From the human T2T-CHM13v2.0 reference genome, Homo sapiens, in assembly GCF_009914755.1 (NCBI RefSeq), contig NC_060934.1: 64,000 bases of DNA, one strand, 5' to 3'. A model generated the notes under the pieces. The model saw nothing but the letters and a program-made list of their open reading frames with translations, made no database searches and was not told where the DNA came from. The position numbers were made by a program, and so were the translations under genes. Shown piece by piece: positions 27,478 through 41,348 of this stretch. Each line of letters starts with the position of its first letter. Within the stretch, counting starts at the first letter, position 1.

Positions 27478-28510
27478 TCACTCAGTTTTAATCACTCACC
27501 TAACTGAATTCCTGGTGGCGTTGGAGCCTCTAAAGAAATCATTTCAGCCTGGTATTCCCAGTAGTCTTTGTATCTTCTGGCATCACGGGCACAGAGTCAG
27601 AATTTCAGTAAAGACAGCATTTATACCATATATAAAAATTGCTACAGAAGGTAGCATAACCACACATTCATTTCAGAAGCTGTTTAAATGGCTGAAGGCT
27701 ATAAATGAGGTTGGACTGTGCACAAATATGTGAGTAAAACAGAACAAGAAAGTCCTAAATCCATATATGAATAGTTGTTTCATTCTTGTAGAAGGTTTAA
27801 GATAAACTAAAATATTGCAATCTTGAGATATGACAGCCTATATTTTTGTTCTTCATCAGAGTATTGTTGAAATTCATGTTCCATTCATTCTAAAAATTGT
27901 ATTAATTATTAACTTTACTAGATATAAATTTCTAAAACATAGAGAATGCTTTTGAGTAACCACAGAATCCTGGAAATATAGTAGGAATGGGAGAAATTGG
28001 GAGGATTTTATTTATCCAATTATATCAAATGAGTTTGGGATAAGACCTATAAAAGCCTATATTAGCTTTGAAATTATGAAGACCTTTATTTAACTCTCTG
28101 AATAGCCACTAACTAGATCTATGCTCCTGATAAAGTTAGTTAACGTATGGCTCCATTTTTAATCTTTAAAGGATTAAGATAGTTTTACTTTTGCTCCTTA
28201 AAATTATTGAGAAAGTAAATACAATAAAAATGGAAAAATACTTTGATAGGTAGAACATATCATATGGCTAAGATAAAATTGTGTGCCTGACCCAGATAAA
28301 TCTGACTTTAGCTTATTACTGGTGACACAGTTAATATTGACCAGCAACATTACAACATCCTGCTGGAACCCAGCTAGTATCATGATGAGCCTACTGAACC
28401 AATGTCAAAGTCTTACTAGACTACATTATCATTCTCAGGAGTCCTTCATGAAAAAAACCAGCATCACTCAGTCCTTTCACTGAACAAAAACAAAAAAAAA
28501 AATCATTTTA

Positions 28511-28868
<358 letters not shown>

Positions 28869-28913
28869 CTAAAAGACCATAGATAGAAAATAGAATTATA
28901 AGTTAATTAATAG

Positions 28914-28992
28914 TTAGTTTAATCATATGAAATAGCTGGTGTTAGACTATTTTTTACTTACCAAAATGGCAATTTCACAAAATTCAGCCTAG
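28914..28992. mobile_element. MADE2 mariner-derived MITE
   Basis: ~80-bp element with degenerate inverted termini ttagtttaatcatatgaaat...aaaatggcaatttcacaaaattcagcctag. Confidence 0.7.
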
Positions 28993-29039
28993 TAAAATAT
29001 ATACATATGAATGCGGAAGACATCTTAGGAAAAAATAAT

Positions 29040-29200
29040 AATAATGTGAATTATATTGATATTTATTGAGCTCTTATTATGGCACCAAGTTAAACGTTTT
29101 GTTTCAATAAATTCTCACAATAAACTTATGAGGCAGATACTATTATTCATCTATTTCTATATGAAGAAAATGAAGCAAGGAGAACTGACATTCTAATGCA
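29040..29200 (-). mobile_element. MIR
   Basis: atttattgagctcttattatgg...ctcacaataaacttatgaggcagatactattatt...atgaagaaaatgaagca. Confidence 0.75.
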
Positions 29201-31019
29201 GTCTGTCCTAACCCTTACCTGACCCTGCTGGTTGAAAAGAATAGTGGATGGCATGAGCACATGGAAAGATGAATGGTGATGACTCCAGGAAGATGAGAGG
29301 CCAAGAGGGAGAGAGTTGAAGCATTTACACGTCACTATATAGGGGAAAGGTAGCCTGCATAGCCCACTGAGCAGAATATCCTTCAAGGTTAGACAGACAT
29401 ATCAGGTTACCATAGCTAAAGCTCTTTCACTATTAAAATAATTGAAGTGACTCTCCTTTTTCTAATTCCAGATCTAGAAGCAAACATCTGATCATAATTG
29501 GACTCCCATGTAGACTTTTCGGTTTAGCTAAATCAAACATTTAATTTTCATGGCATTATCAATGGAGAAATGGATGCTGTATCAGTCTCCAGGGGGTCTT
29601 GGTTACTCTGTACCTGCCATTAAATCAAGCCTCAAATGCACAGCTGAGAAGCAGATGTGAAACACAACTAATAGCACCAAGGAATTATCCTACCATGAGC
29701 ACAAGTCCGGGTGACCAGGTTGCTCCACTAGGCGAGAGTATAAAAGCCTTCAAATTGTTCTCTAGTTAAATAAAAATAACAACAACAACAACAATAAACT
29801 GGTTTAAAAGGACCATCTCCTGTAAATAATTCATTCAACTCTATGTTTATAATTGTAAGAAGAAACTTGTCCACACAAAATAATATATTTGTTGAGTTTA
29901 GTGATAATTTTCATTACCTTTCTAGAGCTTCGTGAATAATCTGATCCAAAGCCACCCTAAAAAAGTAAAGAAACAAACATTTAGCAAACATGAAAGAATT
30001 CCATATATTTACCATGACGATGATTTACACATGCACATTATTAATTGACTTATAAACATAGTAAGTTCCTTAAAAGGGGAGAACACAAAGTAAAATAGAG
30101 GAAATAAGATGAATTCTAGTTTAAAAAAAAAAAAGACATCTGCAGGAAATGCTTAGATAACTACAAAATAAAGAAAAGCAGGGACACCAAATCAATAGCA
30201 TCAATGGTTTAAAGAGAATTTTTAAAAATGAAATTGTGCCAGATACATTAAAAAAGTATGATCTTGAACTTGAAATGAATATGCCAATGAGATGCAACTG
30301 TAACAGTAATAATAAAGGTAATTTAAAATTTTTTTCCTCCGCATGAAAATGCTGGCATCAGAAAACATTTTCCCATATAACTTTCTTGCACAGCTATTAT
30401 GAGAAATCCATTTTCTCCCAAACTTCATTACTGTAAATATTGTTTACCAAGGGTCAGAATAGCAAGGCTTGTAAAGCCAAAAGTCTGATTATGCAAGAGA
30501 TGACATGGTTCCTATAATATTATTACAACCTCAAAATAGAAAACCAAGGATCTACTCTGACTACAGGAACTCCAAGATGAAGATTAAGGCTGACTTTCTG
30601 TTTTTACAAAATGCTAACTTTATTCCATCAGGGAAGAAATACCTTTAGCTCATTTCCTATCAGAATATAGTAATATGTGCAATATGCAAATTATTCCAAC
30701 TGGTACTGAAGTTTAAATACGTAGAATGTAAAGAAAGGAACATTCTACTTTGAAGTTAACTCTAACTACACTTGTGTACATTTCATTCGACTCTATCAAA
30801 GGCTATTCAAATTGACACCATAAAAATTATTTCATCTTGTCAGCTTTAAAAAGCCCACTATCAAGTCATACAGAATTAAATCTGCAATTTCATGTTTCTA
30901 TTTGAGCTTCCAATAAAGAAAAAAATAGAAGGAAATTAACATTTCTAAAACCTTAACTTTATTCCTGGTGTCTCAGCTACATTTTCTTATTTAATCTTCA
31001 CAACTTCTAAAACAGTAAA

Positions 31020-32780
31020 TGTAATAGCTTTGTATAATCATAAAAGCAATGCACATTCATTACAGAAAATGTGCCAAGCACAAAAAATGAAAATCAATCA
31101 TAGTCCTACCATTAGAGGAAAGTTAATATTTTGTGTTGTTCTCTTTCAATACACACAGTCTCACATATACAGTGTTTTAAACAAGATTGAAATTATTTCA
31201 CATATACAGTATATCTTGCCTTTTCCCCTTAAAATCATATCATTTTTCCACATTATAGTCTCAAAATGTGGTCTTGATAGTTGCATCCTAATCTACCTAT
31301 TTACATGGCAAGATTTTTTCAAATACTTCCTAGTATTTATGATATACATTTTTGTCTAGCACATCTAACATTGTAATAATCTCCTTGCACAAAAATCTTG
31401 ACTTTACATCTGCTGATTTCCTTAAGAGAAATTCGCCAAAATGGTATTGTTGAAGAAAAGGAACAAACTTTTTTCATGGCACTTGCGTATCATGTGCCCA
31501 CCAAAAGGTCAAAATCTATAGATTGCTCATCAAAAGAACAATTCACAGTGTAGGCAAGTGCCCATTTCTCTAAACATTCACAAATATATCTTAGCATTTT
31601 CATAAAATGCTTTTTTATTTCATAGTGAAATGGTATGTACTTTTTATTCGAGTTATTTTTTCTTGTTATTACAATGAAGCAATTTTTACAATCTATTGCA
31701 GTTCTTCCCCTTTATGCCTTTGACTGTCTTTACTCAGGATGTTTGTGGGTTTCTATTGATTTATAAGAGCTCTTTAGAAATAAGGCTATTAATCATTTGT
31801 GTATCATAATTATATAAATATTTTCATTTGCTTTCCCAGTCCGTTATTTGCATTTAGGTTTGGTTTATAATGGTTTTGATGCACAGAAGTTTAAATTTTA
31901 TGTAATGAAACATATCAATCATTTACTTGGGGATGTCTGCTCTGGGCTTCTATGCTTAGAAAGTTCTTCCTCAATCCAGCATCAATTAAATAGCTACTTA
32001 TGCTTGTCCTCCCAGTCCCTATCACTATCTTTTACCCTTGGCTTTTTTTTTAACCCATGTGGACTTTATCATAGGTATAACGTGAGATGAGTACTTACTA
32101 CAGTTTTTGACTACCACCTCTCACAGACTTTCCCCAGCACCACTGGTGAAATCATTTATTTCTTCCTGGGTCATCAGTGCAAAATTTGCTTTGAGGCACA
32201 CCTGAGCTCTGATGTCAGTTTTTGACACCTGGGCAAGTCTAGCTTGTCAATATCTATCTTGCAGCCTTGTTGTAAGGATTAAACCAGATAATGTACAGAA
32301 ATCCCTTCAGTGCCTAGCACAGCATAAGTGCTTGATTAAGCCAACCAGACACTAGATTCAGGGCTGTTCATTTCTCTTCCTCTGATCCATCTGTCAATTC
32401 TTGTGCTCACAGTATAAACTTTATAGAGCACACAACATTTGAGCAGAAAAGATACTCTGAACTTCTTTTTCAAAAAATGTTCTTGGCTATTTCTACCTGT
32501 TTGTTCTTTACACAGGCCCAACTCACTTTTCATTACAGTTATTCTTCAGATGCTCTTTTCCTGCAATTCTCTCTCTCATTTTCTTTTTTGCACATCTTAT
32601 TACATAGGCCAGAATTTCCAAAACAATGTTTAAAAGTAATAGTAAACACAGATATTCTAGTCTTTTAACTGATTAAAAGAGCAAAGCTTCTAGAGGCTCA
32701 TAATTGAGTTTGATGTTGACTATGGGCTTAAGACAGGTAGTCTTTATAACATTGTGGAAGCATCCCTCAGTTCTTTATTT
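31020..32780 (-). mobile_element. Old L1 (L1ME-like) fragments, interrupted by MIR
   Basis: T-rich antisense L1 motifs (ttctattgatttataagagctcttta; gcacagaagtttaaattttta; ttccccagcaccact). Confidence 0.55.
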
Positions 32781-34359
32781 TATGATATTAAATTTTTTTA
32801 TCTCCTTCTCACAGAGGAAACTGATTTTTAAAGCAGTAATATGAGTTGCCCAAAGTCATGCAGCCAGTACATGGTGGGGCCTGAATGCACACCCAGGTTA
32901 TCTGGTTCCAGTGTCTATTTTCCATTGCAACCATGCCACCATGCTATAATGTAGTCAGTCTCCAACCCAGTTATATGCTTTGTCCAAAATTTATATATAG
33001 CCAAAAAGAATTGTTGTTTAGACCTTATAAAACGTCTTCTAATAAAAGTAAAGCAATAAAGCATGGCTAGTTTATTAGCTTACCTAAAGAAATGTAGGTC
33101 ACTCATTATTATCTGTAGAAATATTTTAATATTCATCAATATTTCTATGGGAAAGCAAATTAGTAGGAGACACCAGAGACACAGGTGGGACTTCTCCTTA
33201 GTCATCCTCTAAGCAGAGAGAATAAAAAACTCTCATAGCTTTGGCCACTGGAGGTACAAACACTGAAGCAGAAAAGAGTAGGACTTTGAAGCAAAAGAGA
33301 AACTCTTGGAGGAAAAGGGTTGAGTTAGCAGGTAAGAAGGAGATGGTGGTAAACAGCAAGGTAGAAGGAGAAAACCAGAGTGAAATGTCTCTGTGGCACC
33401 CCCTGGCCTTCTCCTTCTTTCTCATACACCCATTAGGGTTGAAGGTGTCTGTCAGAGCAAATGCCAAGTATAAATAAGATTTGGCCCATCCGCTTTCCTT
33501 TTCATGACCACCAGCCAAACTCTGATCCAAATGTTTCTCCTCTACAGCTCACCACATTATGGAAGGGCAAGTTTGGCTCCTATTCACCTGACCCTAAATA
33601 AATACATGTCTTTCTGTGCTACTCTAGGACAATTTAACTTTAGCAACTGTTGAAAAATTGACAGGAAATTAAAACCAGAAATAAGAAAAAAAATGTCCAG
33701 TATTAGAAAGCTTCATAATCAAAGTTGACCCTATAGTGGTTCCTAGAATAAAATTACCCAGGCCATCCTCTTTCTTTAGGTTAGTTCTGCCCTCTTCTGG
33801 AAGAGCTCCTTCACCCCCAGGCTTTCTCCCATCTCTCTAACAGGAACCTCAGATCCTGCCCCTCCCAAACCTCTCTGTACCGCCAAAACATATAGATCCT
33901 ACCCTCTTTTCCTTCCCCATGCCCAGGCCCACTCCCAAAGAGTCTTGAGTCTATCTTGCTAAGACCTCATCTGATAACCAAGTCTTGAAAAACACACCCA
34001 CACCCACCTTTTCTGATAACCAGCTGCACACCAAGACCCTGTTCCTCCCTAACCCTGCCTCCAATCTAAGTTCCTCTTCCCAGATCTCATTCTGCCAAGC
34101 AGGTCAAAATCATATGCTATGAGGTAAAGTGATGTGCTTAAGTAGAATCTGAATAAACAGAATTAAACTAATTATAATTAAATTTAGTGGAATACAATTT
34201 AAATAGAAAATATCTCTTTTGCTTTGCCCTTTTCATAGGCCAGGCCATATATTCAGGTTCCACAGAAAAACAAAAATGCTTGGTTCTTGACTCCTGTCTT
34301 GACATTAGTAAAAATGGAAAGCACAATCATGTGCCTAGGGCTCTCACATTTTATCTTCT

Positions 34360-34530
34360 TTGGCTCACAATCCTGTAGAGCCTCAGGGGAGATGTTATTA
34401 TTTTTATTTGATAAAAGATGAAACTGATGAGCAAAGAAATGAGCGAATTGCCTGGAGTTACACAGTCAGTAATGGAAGCAACAGAACCTGAACCCAGGAC
34501 TTCTGTTGTCAAATGCCAAGTTCCTCCTGT
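34360..34530 (-). mobile_element. MIR
   Basis: gatgaaactgatg...gaattgcctggagttacacag...gaacctgaacccagg. Confidence 0.7.
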
Positions 34531-35084
34531 TTGCCGAAACTGATGCCTACAGTCTCCAGAACCATTAGTTACCAAACATTTACTATTTCTACTAGAGCTA
34601 CAGAAGCAATCATGGTTCGTTTCTCAGCAATTGCTCTCCAATAAGACTATTCTGAAGTCCACAGTAATTACTTTGAGACTGTGTTACACAGTCCTTGTTT
34701 CTTCCTTGACTGAATAATCTCTTCTGGTAACAAGCCAGGATATATGGGCCAAATCATGCCTGCATTTATAAAGCCAGGAATGGGAATTATAATATTACTA
34801 CAAATGCTAAATTAAAAAGATTGAACACTGTTTATAATAACTATATACCATCTTATAAATGATTTATTTTAAATAATGACCCTGTTTCCAAGGAGATCTT
34901 GCATTGGTGACTTTCCATATCTGACATATTTCTTATTTTACATTTCCAGCTAGTCAATGTGTATGATAAAAAAGAATTATTCTATCCATAATTCAAAATG
35001 CATCTCCATCAAAGGTGTTTATTATATTTGTGTGAAAATCAAGTTTAGTTATATTAGGACCATCCATTTAAAATAACTGCAGTT

Positions 35085-35315
35085 AATCCTTGTATCTGCC
35101 AGGTACTGTTCTAAAGAGTTTACAAACATTATCTTATCTAATCCTTACCTAACAACCCTATGAGGCAGGTACTTTTATTACCTCCATTTTACATAAAAGG
35201 AAACTGAGGCACAAAGAGAATAAGTAACTTACCCAAAGTTACACAGTAAATAAGTAACAGAGCCTATATCTGAACCCAGGTTGAGGGACTCCAGAGTCCA
35301 GACAGTTTCAATAAC
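35085..35315 (-). mobile_element. MIR
   Basis: aacaaccctatgaggcaggtac...ggaaactgaggcac...aagtaacttacccaaagttacacag. Confidence 0.88.
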
Positions 35316-35599
35316 TTGTAGTTTCCAGAGGCTCATTTGATACCAAGGATTAGGCATGAATTTAAATGTTTTTATATTGACCACTAGAATCAAAGTGTGA
35401 CATCTTGACAGCCCACTTAAGAAACCATTAGTTGTGTTATTGCTTTTTGTTCTTCTTTGAAGTGGCTTTTTTGTATTTAGCAATAACGCTAATTACCAAG
35501 ACCACTTGTTCTTTTAAAGTAGTGATTTTTTTAATGAATAAAAAGAAAATGGATACCTTCTCTAATAACAAGTAAAACAGCCTTTTGGAGTTACTGGGC

Positions 35600-35790
35600 A
35601 TTTAATGTATGCACAGCATAAGCCATATTTGATCATTTAAACAACGTGAGGTAGGAATTAGTATTGTTCTCATTTTATAGATGAAGAATCTGAGACTTAG
35701 AGAGATTGACTAAATTGCCCGAAGTTACGCAGCTTATATACATTGCAAAGACAGCATTCAAACCCAAGTCTGTCTTCAGAGCCCTGCTCC
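35600..35790 (-). mobile_element. MIR
   Basis: gtgaggtaggaatt...cattttatagatgaagaatctgagacttagagag. Confidence 0.8.
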
Positions 35791-35895
35791 TAGCTGTTCT
35801 GTGACCTGCCTGCAATCTGCTCTACTGAAATAACACTGGTTAAATTAGAGAAAAGCAATTCGGTCAAATATTTCTCCACTGCAAACGATGCCAGG

Positions 35896-35920
35896 CAATG
35901 CAATGCAATGCAATGCAATG
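35896..35920. repeat. (CAATG)5 pentanucleotide repeat
   Basis: Direct read. Confidence 0.95.
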
Positions 35921-36987
35921 TGTTCGCTTATACCTACAAATGCACCTGCCAAGATGTTGAAGAGAAGTGCCTACTGGAATGCAGCATTCTAAAAAGGACC
36001 TTTGAGAGAGAGAGGTGCTAGAACAGTACTATTTATCTCACTCATTTACATAACTAAAATTCTAGATTGTTTTGTCCTGAATTTGACATTTTATTTTTAA
36101 TTTCCTTAAAGAAATGTCTACTACAGAGCTCAGAAAGTACAGATCTCCAAATATATCATTTTAAACACACTTGAATAAATGAACTGAGATGATTCTCATT
36201 TACAATATTTTTGCATTAGAGAGCAGTGAAACAATTTGTCACTATCACATCAACATTCCAGACTCTCCTGGGGTCGTGTAATTCATGGCAGGTTTGAGGA
36301 GCATAATATCAACCAATTTGTTGAGAAAAGTCATCATCCACTTGTTGAACTCAGACCAACTAATACAGTTAGAATTAACTACTAGCAAATTCCAAGTAGC
36401 ACATTTATTGTTAGCAATTTTTATCTAGTTAAAAAATATTTCTAACATCATCTATGTTTTTTTCAAGATGATATTCGAGCAATATAATGAGGCTCTGTAA
36501 AGAACAAAGACAAATACTACCACTATGGATCCAGGAGCAGGTCTGATCCAATTACTCAGCTGATAATATAGTGGCAACTCAAATCGTAAATTTTAACAGT
36601 CAGATAGGAGATGTTTGAACCCTGGCCTGGAATAACAATGCAAGATCAAAGTCAATTCAAGCAAAATGGTGCTGAGGCTTACTCAATCTAGTAGTAATCA
36701 CACAGTGGTGAAGAGTGCAAGTTCTAGAACACGCAAACCTGAAATATTGCCTGTTTCCTCATTTATGATGGAATAATGATTATGCTGCTACCTAAATTGT
36801 TGTTAGGATGAAATGAGGTGATGGATGTAGAATGGGTGAATGCTTGATAAATATTAGCTGTTGCAGATGTTATCAATTTAGCTCTCCAATTTCACAGACA
36901 TGTTTGGAAAGCCAGAAAGTTGGTTTGGAAAGCCAGTAAGTTTGTAGGTAGGTTAACTAAACCTACAAAAAATAGGCCTGAGGCTTT

Positions 36988-37274
<287 letters not shown>

Positions 37275-37879
37275 ACCTGAGGCTTTAAAGTCACTTCTAA
37301 GAGAGAAACTGAGGACAGGAGCTACTGTTGTCTTGTTTACCACTGTATCTCTTGTACCTGACATAGCATCTGATAAATACATGCTCATTAAATACATGCT
37401 GAATCATTATATGAATGAATATATTAAAAGAGCTATCTTAGTAAAATGCATACTAGAATCCTGGCAGGGAAGAAAATGGGCTTTTAAAATGAGAGAGAGG
37501 AGAGAGCATAGATCTGAAGTTAAGTGAATCCTATCAAGTTATTTTTCACATGGGACCAACGGAACCCAGTCAAATCCTTTAGGTTAGATTCTACAAAATC
37601 CCTGATCTATATGTAGTGTCAAATGCTGCATACTGACCAAAGAACGCAATGCTAGTGTTTACGTGCTCAAGTGAATTCAGTTATTTAAAACTCCTCAAAA
37701 GAATTTCCCCTAACCACCTCAGCCCATACAGAACTTAAGAGGGCTTATTACAGAAACTATTCATTTGGCTTTAATACAACAGAGAAGCCACCATTTTAAG
37801 GAGTCTGTACTTGTGACAGTAAACATGTATTGGGTCTTCCCCCAGAAGGTAGGATTTAGATTCTCCCCATATTCCATCC

Positions 37880-38440
37880 CTTCCAGATTCAGGCATGATC
37901 TTGGCTTTTACAGGAAATATGAAGAGGAATAAGGTACGATCTTTACTCTGGAGGCACTTACTGTCTTAGAAAGAGCATAAGGCAGGTACAAAAATAACTG
38001 TAATGCAAAGCCAACCGTAGCAAGTGCCACAGAGATGTACAAAGAAAGGGATCCAAAAAGGAATCAAATAAATCTATTTTAAGCAATTAAGCTTTTTTGA
38101 CAGTGAGGGCACTATCATACGCATGATACCACAAGGATGGGTTGGAGTTTGAATGGGCAAGGACACAGCAGATAGATAGCAAGGGGAAAGGCCAGGTAGG
38201 AAAACATAGGGTGATTAAGTAACCTGGGACCACTTTGACATTTTGTTAGTTTATGGGGCCAAAAAAGAAAATATTTATAATAAAAGCCACCTGAAAAGTA
38301 TGGAACATAGGGACAAAAATGCATTAATAAGATATCATAGGTTGTTGAGCAGGAAAGTGACAATGACTAAGACTATTCATTAGAGAAATTTACCTGGCAA
38401 GGATATTAAATGGACTGGAGAGGGAAGTAGATGAAGGACC
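37880..38440 (-). mobile_element. L2 fragment
   Basis: Purine-rich antisense L2 (ggttgttgagcaggaaagtgacaatga; aaatggactggagaggg). Confidence 0.55.
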
Positions 38441-38445
38441 TCAGC

Positions 38446-39403
38446 AGTAAGGAATTAACCTTGCCCAAAGAGAGGTCTGGTCTTCACTCTTAGCACTCAG
38501 GCAGTAATCTCTAAGCCCTTGGGATATCCTGCAGGAAAAGAGTGCCTTTGTTCTCTTTGGGGCTTTAGGCCACCTCTCAGAGTCTATGCAAACAATGTGA
38601 TTTATATATGGTAGGGTGCCTGTGGCTACATGGTATCAGGAGCAATCAACAATATCTCTGTGACCAAACACGCCTGTGTGACTGAGTCTCAGTCACATAA
38701 CTCTGTATGTTCTCACTTATGAGTGGGAGCTAAACACTGAGTACACATGGACACAAAGAAGGGAACAGACACTGAGGCCTACTTGAGGGTAGAGGGAGGG
38801 AGAAGAGCAAGGATGGAAAAACTACCTTTTGAGTGCTATGCTTGTTACCTGGATGGTGAAATACTCTGTACACCAAACCTCCATGATACAATTTACCTAC
38901 ATAACAAACTTGCACATGTACCCCTCAACCTAAATTAAAAGTAAAAAATAAAAATAAAAATAAATAAATAAAAACTACTCATCACTGCAATCAAAGCTAA
39001 TGGGGATGTAGGTGATATATTTAATACAGTCGATAAAGTACAAAGTATTTTTAAAAAAACTCTGCACACCAAGGCTTGGGTGTGCTTCCCTGGTTGGCAC
39101 TACCCATGTATGTTGTCACACACTGTTGCTGGAAGAAGTGGCATCATCCACACAACTACACTGGGAAAGAACAACTGGAAGCTTGGAGCTCTTCTAGACC
39201 CTGATCTGTGTTCCCCAGTCTTCCCTTGCTCGATTTGAATCTGTATTCTTTTGCTCTTATAAACTGGAACTGTGAATATAATAGCTTTCAGAGTGCTAGG
39301 AATCTTTCTAGCAAGTTATTAAACCTGAGGGTCGCCTTAGGAACTCAGAAACTTACAGTTGGTGTCAGAAATGAACATGGTCTTGGGATCTTCCTAACTT
39401 TAC
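38446..39403 (+). mobile_element. MER21C-like LTR interrupted by an L1 3' end
   Basis: aaccttgcccaaagagaggtctgg...ctctaagcccttgg and caccaaggcttgggtgtgcttccctggttggca...cagttggtgtcagaa. Confidence 0.8.
38706..38974 (+). mobile_element. L1PA15/16-type 3' UTR with A tail
   Basis: tgttctcacttatgagtgggagctaaacactgagtacacatggacacaaagaagggaac...gcacatgtaccc...taaaagt. Confidence 0.88.
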
Positions 39404-39669
39404 ACCAACCAACACAAGAAACCCTCCGCAACAGTGCATGAGATTATAGTGGCTTTAAAAAAAAAAAAAAAAAACTGGTGGAATTGAGGAGGCATGAATG
39501 CTAGAACTTTATAGAAAACAAACAAAAATGGGTAGAGATCTGATAGATACAGGAAACTTAAAGGAGTTTTCCTGAGAGAAAATAATCAATTAAATGGTTA
39601 GTAAATGAAAGTTGAGAACTAAGAAGGAAGATCTAGTTTGAGGAGAACAAGGTGAAGCAGGGGAAATGA

Positions 39670-40105
39670 GAAGTACGCGTGACTTCAATTCCTTCTTCCC
39701 TGTGCACACACACACCAATACCCCGCTTGAGAGGTGAAGTCTGTTCCTTTACCCTTTGGCATCTTGTCTGGCCAACAGAACACGTACCCACCATGTGCTG
39801 TAGCCACTTTGAACCTAGCCTTTAAGAGGACTGGCGGGCCCTGCTTCCTGCCTCTTGGTACCCTGAGCCACCATATGAAACAGTCCAAGCTACTCTGCCA
39901 AGAGAGGGAGCCACAAGGGGAACACCGAGGCACCAGACTTGGGAGTAGAGAAGACATCTTGGACGTGCAGAGCAGTGGGGACTTTAGATGGCTGCACACA
40001 CACAAGAGACAAGAACCCCACAGAGCCATGAGAGATGATAATGCATTGTTGTTTAAGCCACTGTGCTTTGGGATAGTTTGTTATGTGGTAATAGACATTT
40101 GAATT
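39670..40105 (+). mobile_element. MLT1-family LTR (MLT1F/G-like)
   Basis: gaggtgaagtctgttccttt...ccctgagccaccatatgaa and the end ttgttgtttaagccactgtgctttgggatagtttgttatgtggtaataga. Confidence 0.78.
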
Positions 40106-40774
40106 GCAAGACAGTAAATATAATTCACCTACATCATTGTCCCTAGCTAATTTCTTTATTTAGAAAGTATGTGATCACCTAAGATAATGGAGGTCAGAAG
40201 AAGAACTAATTAAAATCCACAAATGACGCAAAGAGCTTGACAACATTCTATTATGTGGCTACAGATTATCAAAATCAGTTTATTTCCCAAAGTACCTAAT
40301 TTATGTGTTAAGGAGCCACTAGGCTAATGTACTCAATTACATCTCTGATTATACCTGGCTCATCCTCCCCACTTATTTCCTATCTCCATTATTTCTGGCT
40401 TATTAATATCTACAATCTCATCCTGTTTGATAAATTACTGGCAAGCTCATGTAGTTTTGTTTTATTTGCCGTGATACTAGAAGGTAACACACACACACAT
40501 ATCTTTATCTTAGGTTTATTTTGCTGTTCTAAAAGTTTTTCAAAAGAATGCATGGTTCTTATAAAATTAGGATATTTTGATCCTAAAAACTGAGATGAAA
40601 TATAGATTAAAGTAACACCTAGGACATTAGTACATATTTTTAAAATGCTGAATGAATAAATAAACAGAGCAATGACATTCAAAGCTGTCAACTTTTATAT
40701 GAGCACTTGTTCCAGGAAAATAAGGGTTCTTATATTTCTTTATTGAACAAGAAAAGAAAAAAGAACAAGAAACA

Positions 40775-41348
40775 TCTTCTTTTGGAAGACGGTCCCTTTG
40801 GGAGACTGATGAATCCTCTGGAGCCCTTCTCAGAATAGTGTTTTTAAAGGCATAGAACAAAACAGGGCTGGTAAGGAAGACAAACAAATTGAAATACCAT
40901 TATTTCTCCTGACCTCCATTATCTTGGGTGATTACATACTTTCTTAGTAAACAAATTAGCTAAAGACAATGACATCATTGAAATATATTTACTGTATTGC
41001 AATATCACAGTTTTAAGATATTTTAAAAAACAAATTTGTGATAATATATTTGCTTCTTTATTAATGCATTATATTGTACAAATAGTAGGTCTAATAACAA
41101 CTATAATTTTTAAATAGTAAAGAGCATAAATAATACTTCAAGACATCTTCAACAAAGATAATGAAATATAATAGTATTCATAATTACTACAGTGACAAAG
41201 TCACAATTCATACTACTGTGGTTTATGCCTATGTTCATAATTAAAGAAATAGCTAAATTTTCATTTAGGGATTACTGAAATGAATATTTTTTACCATCCA
41301 AGGAGACCTTGGAAATTCTCCTCACAGCCAGTTGATTTAAACCTTCTG
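40775..41348 (-). mobile_element. hAT-Charlie (Charlie4a-like) DNA transposon
   Basis: ggtccctttgggagactgatgaa...cccttctcagaatagtgtttttaaa...gcttctttattaatgcatt...tactactgtggttt...ccatccaag; opposite orientation to the 17.3-kb copy. Confidence 0.7.

Noticed and set aside
33241-33477. 78-aa Lys/Glu-rich ORF with an internal CAG|GTAAGA donor
   Set aside because: Purine-rich low-complexity sequence with a non-ATG start, no acceptor and no homology I recognise.
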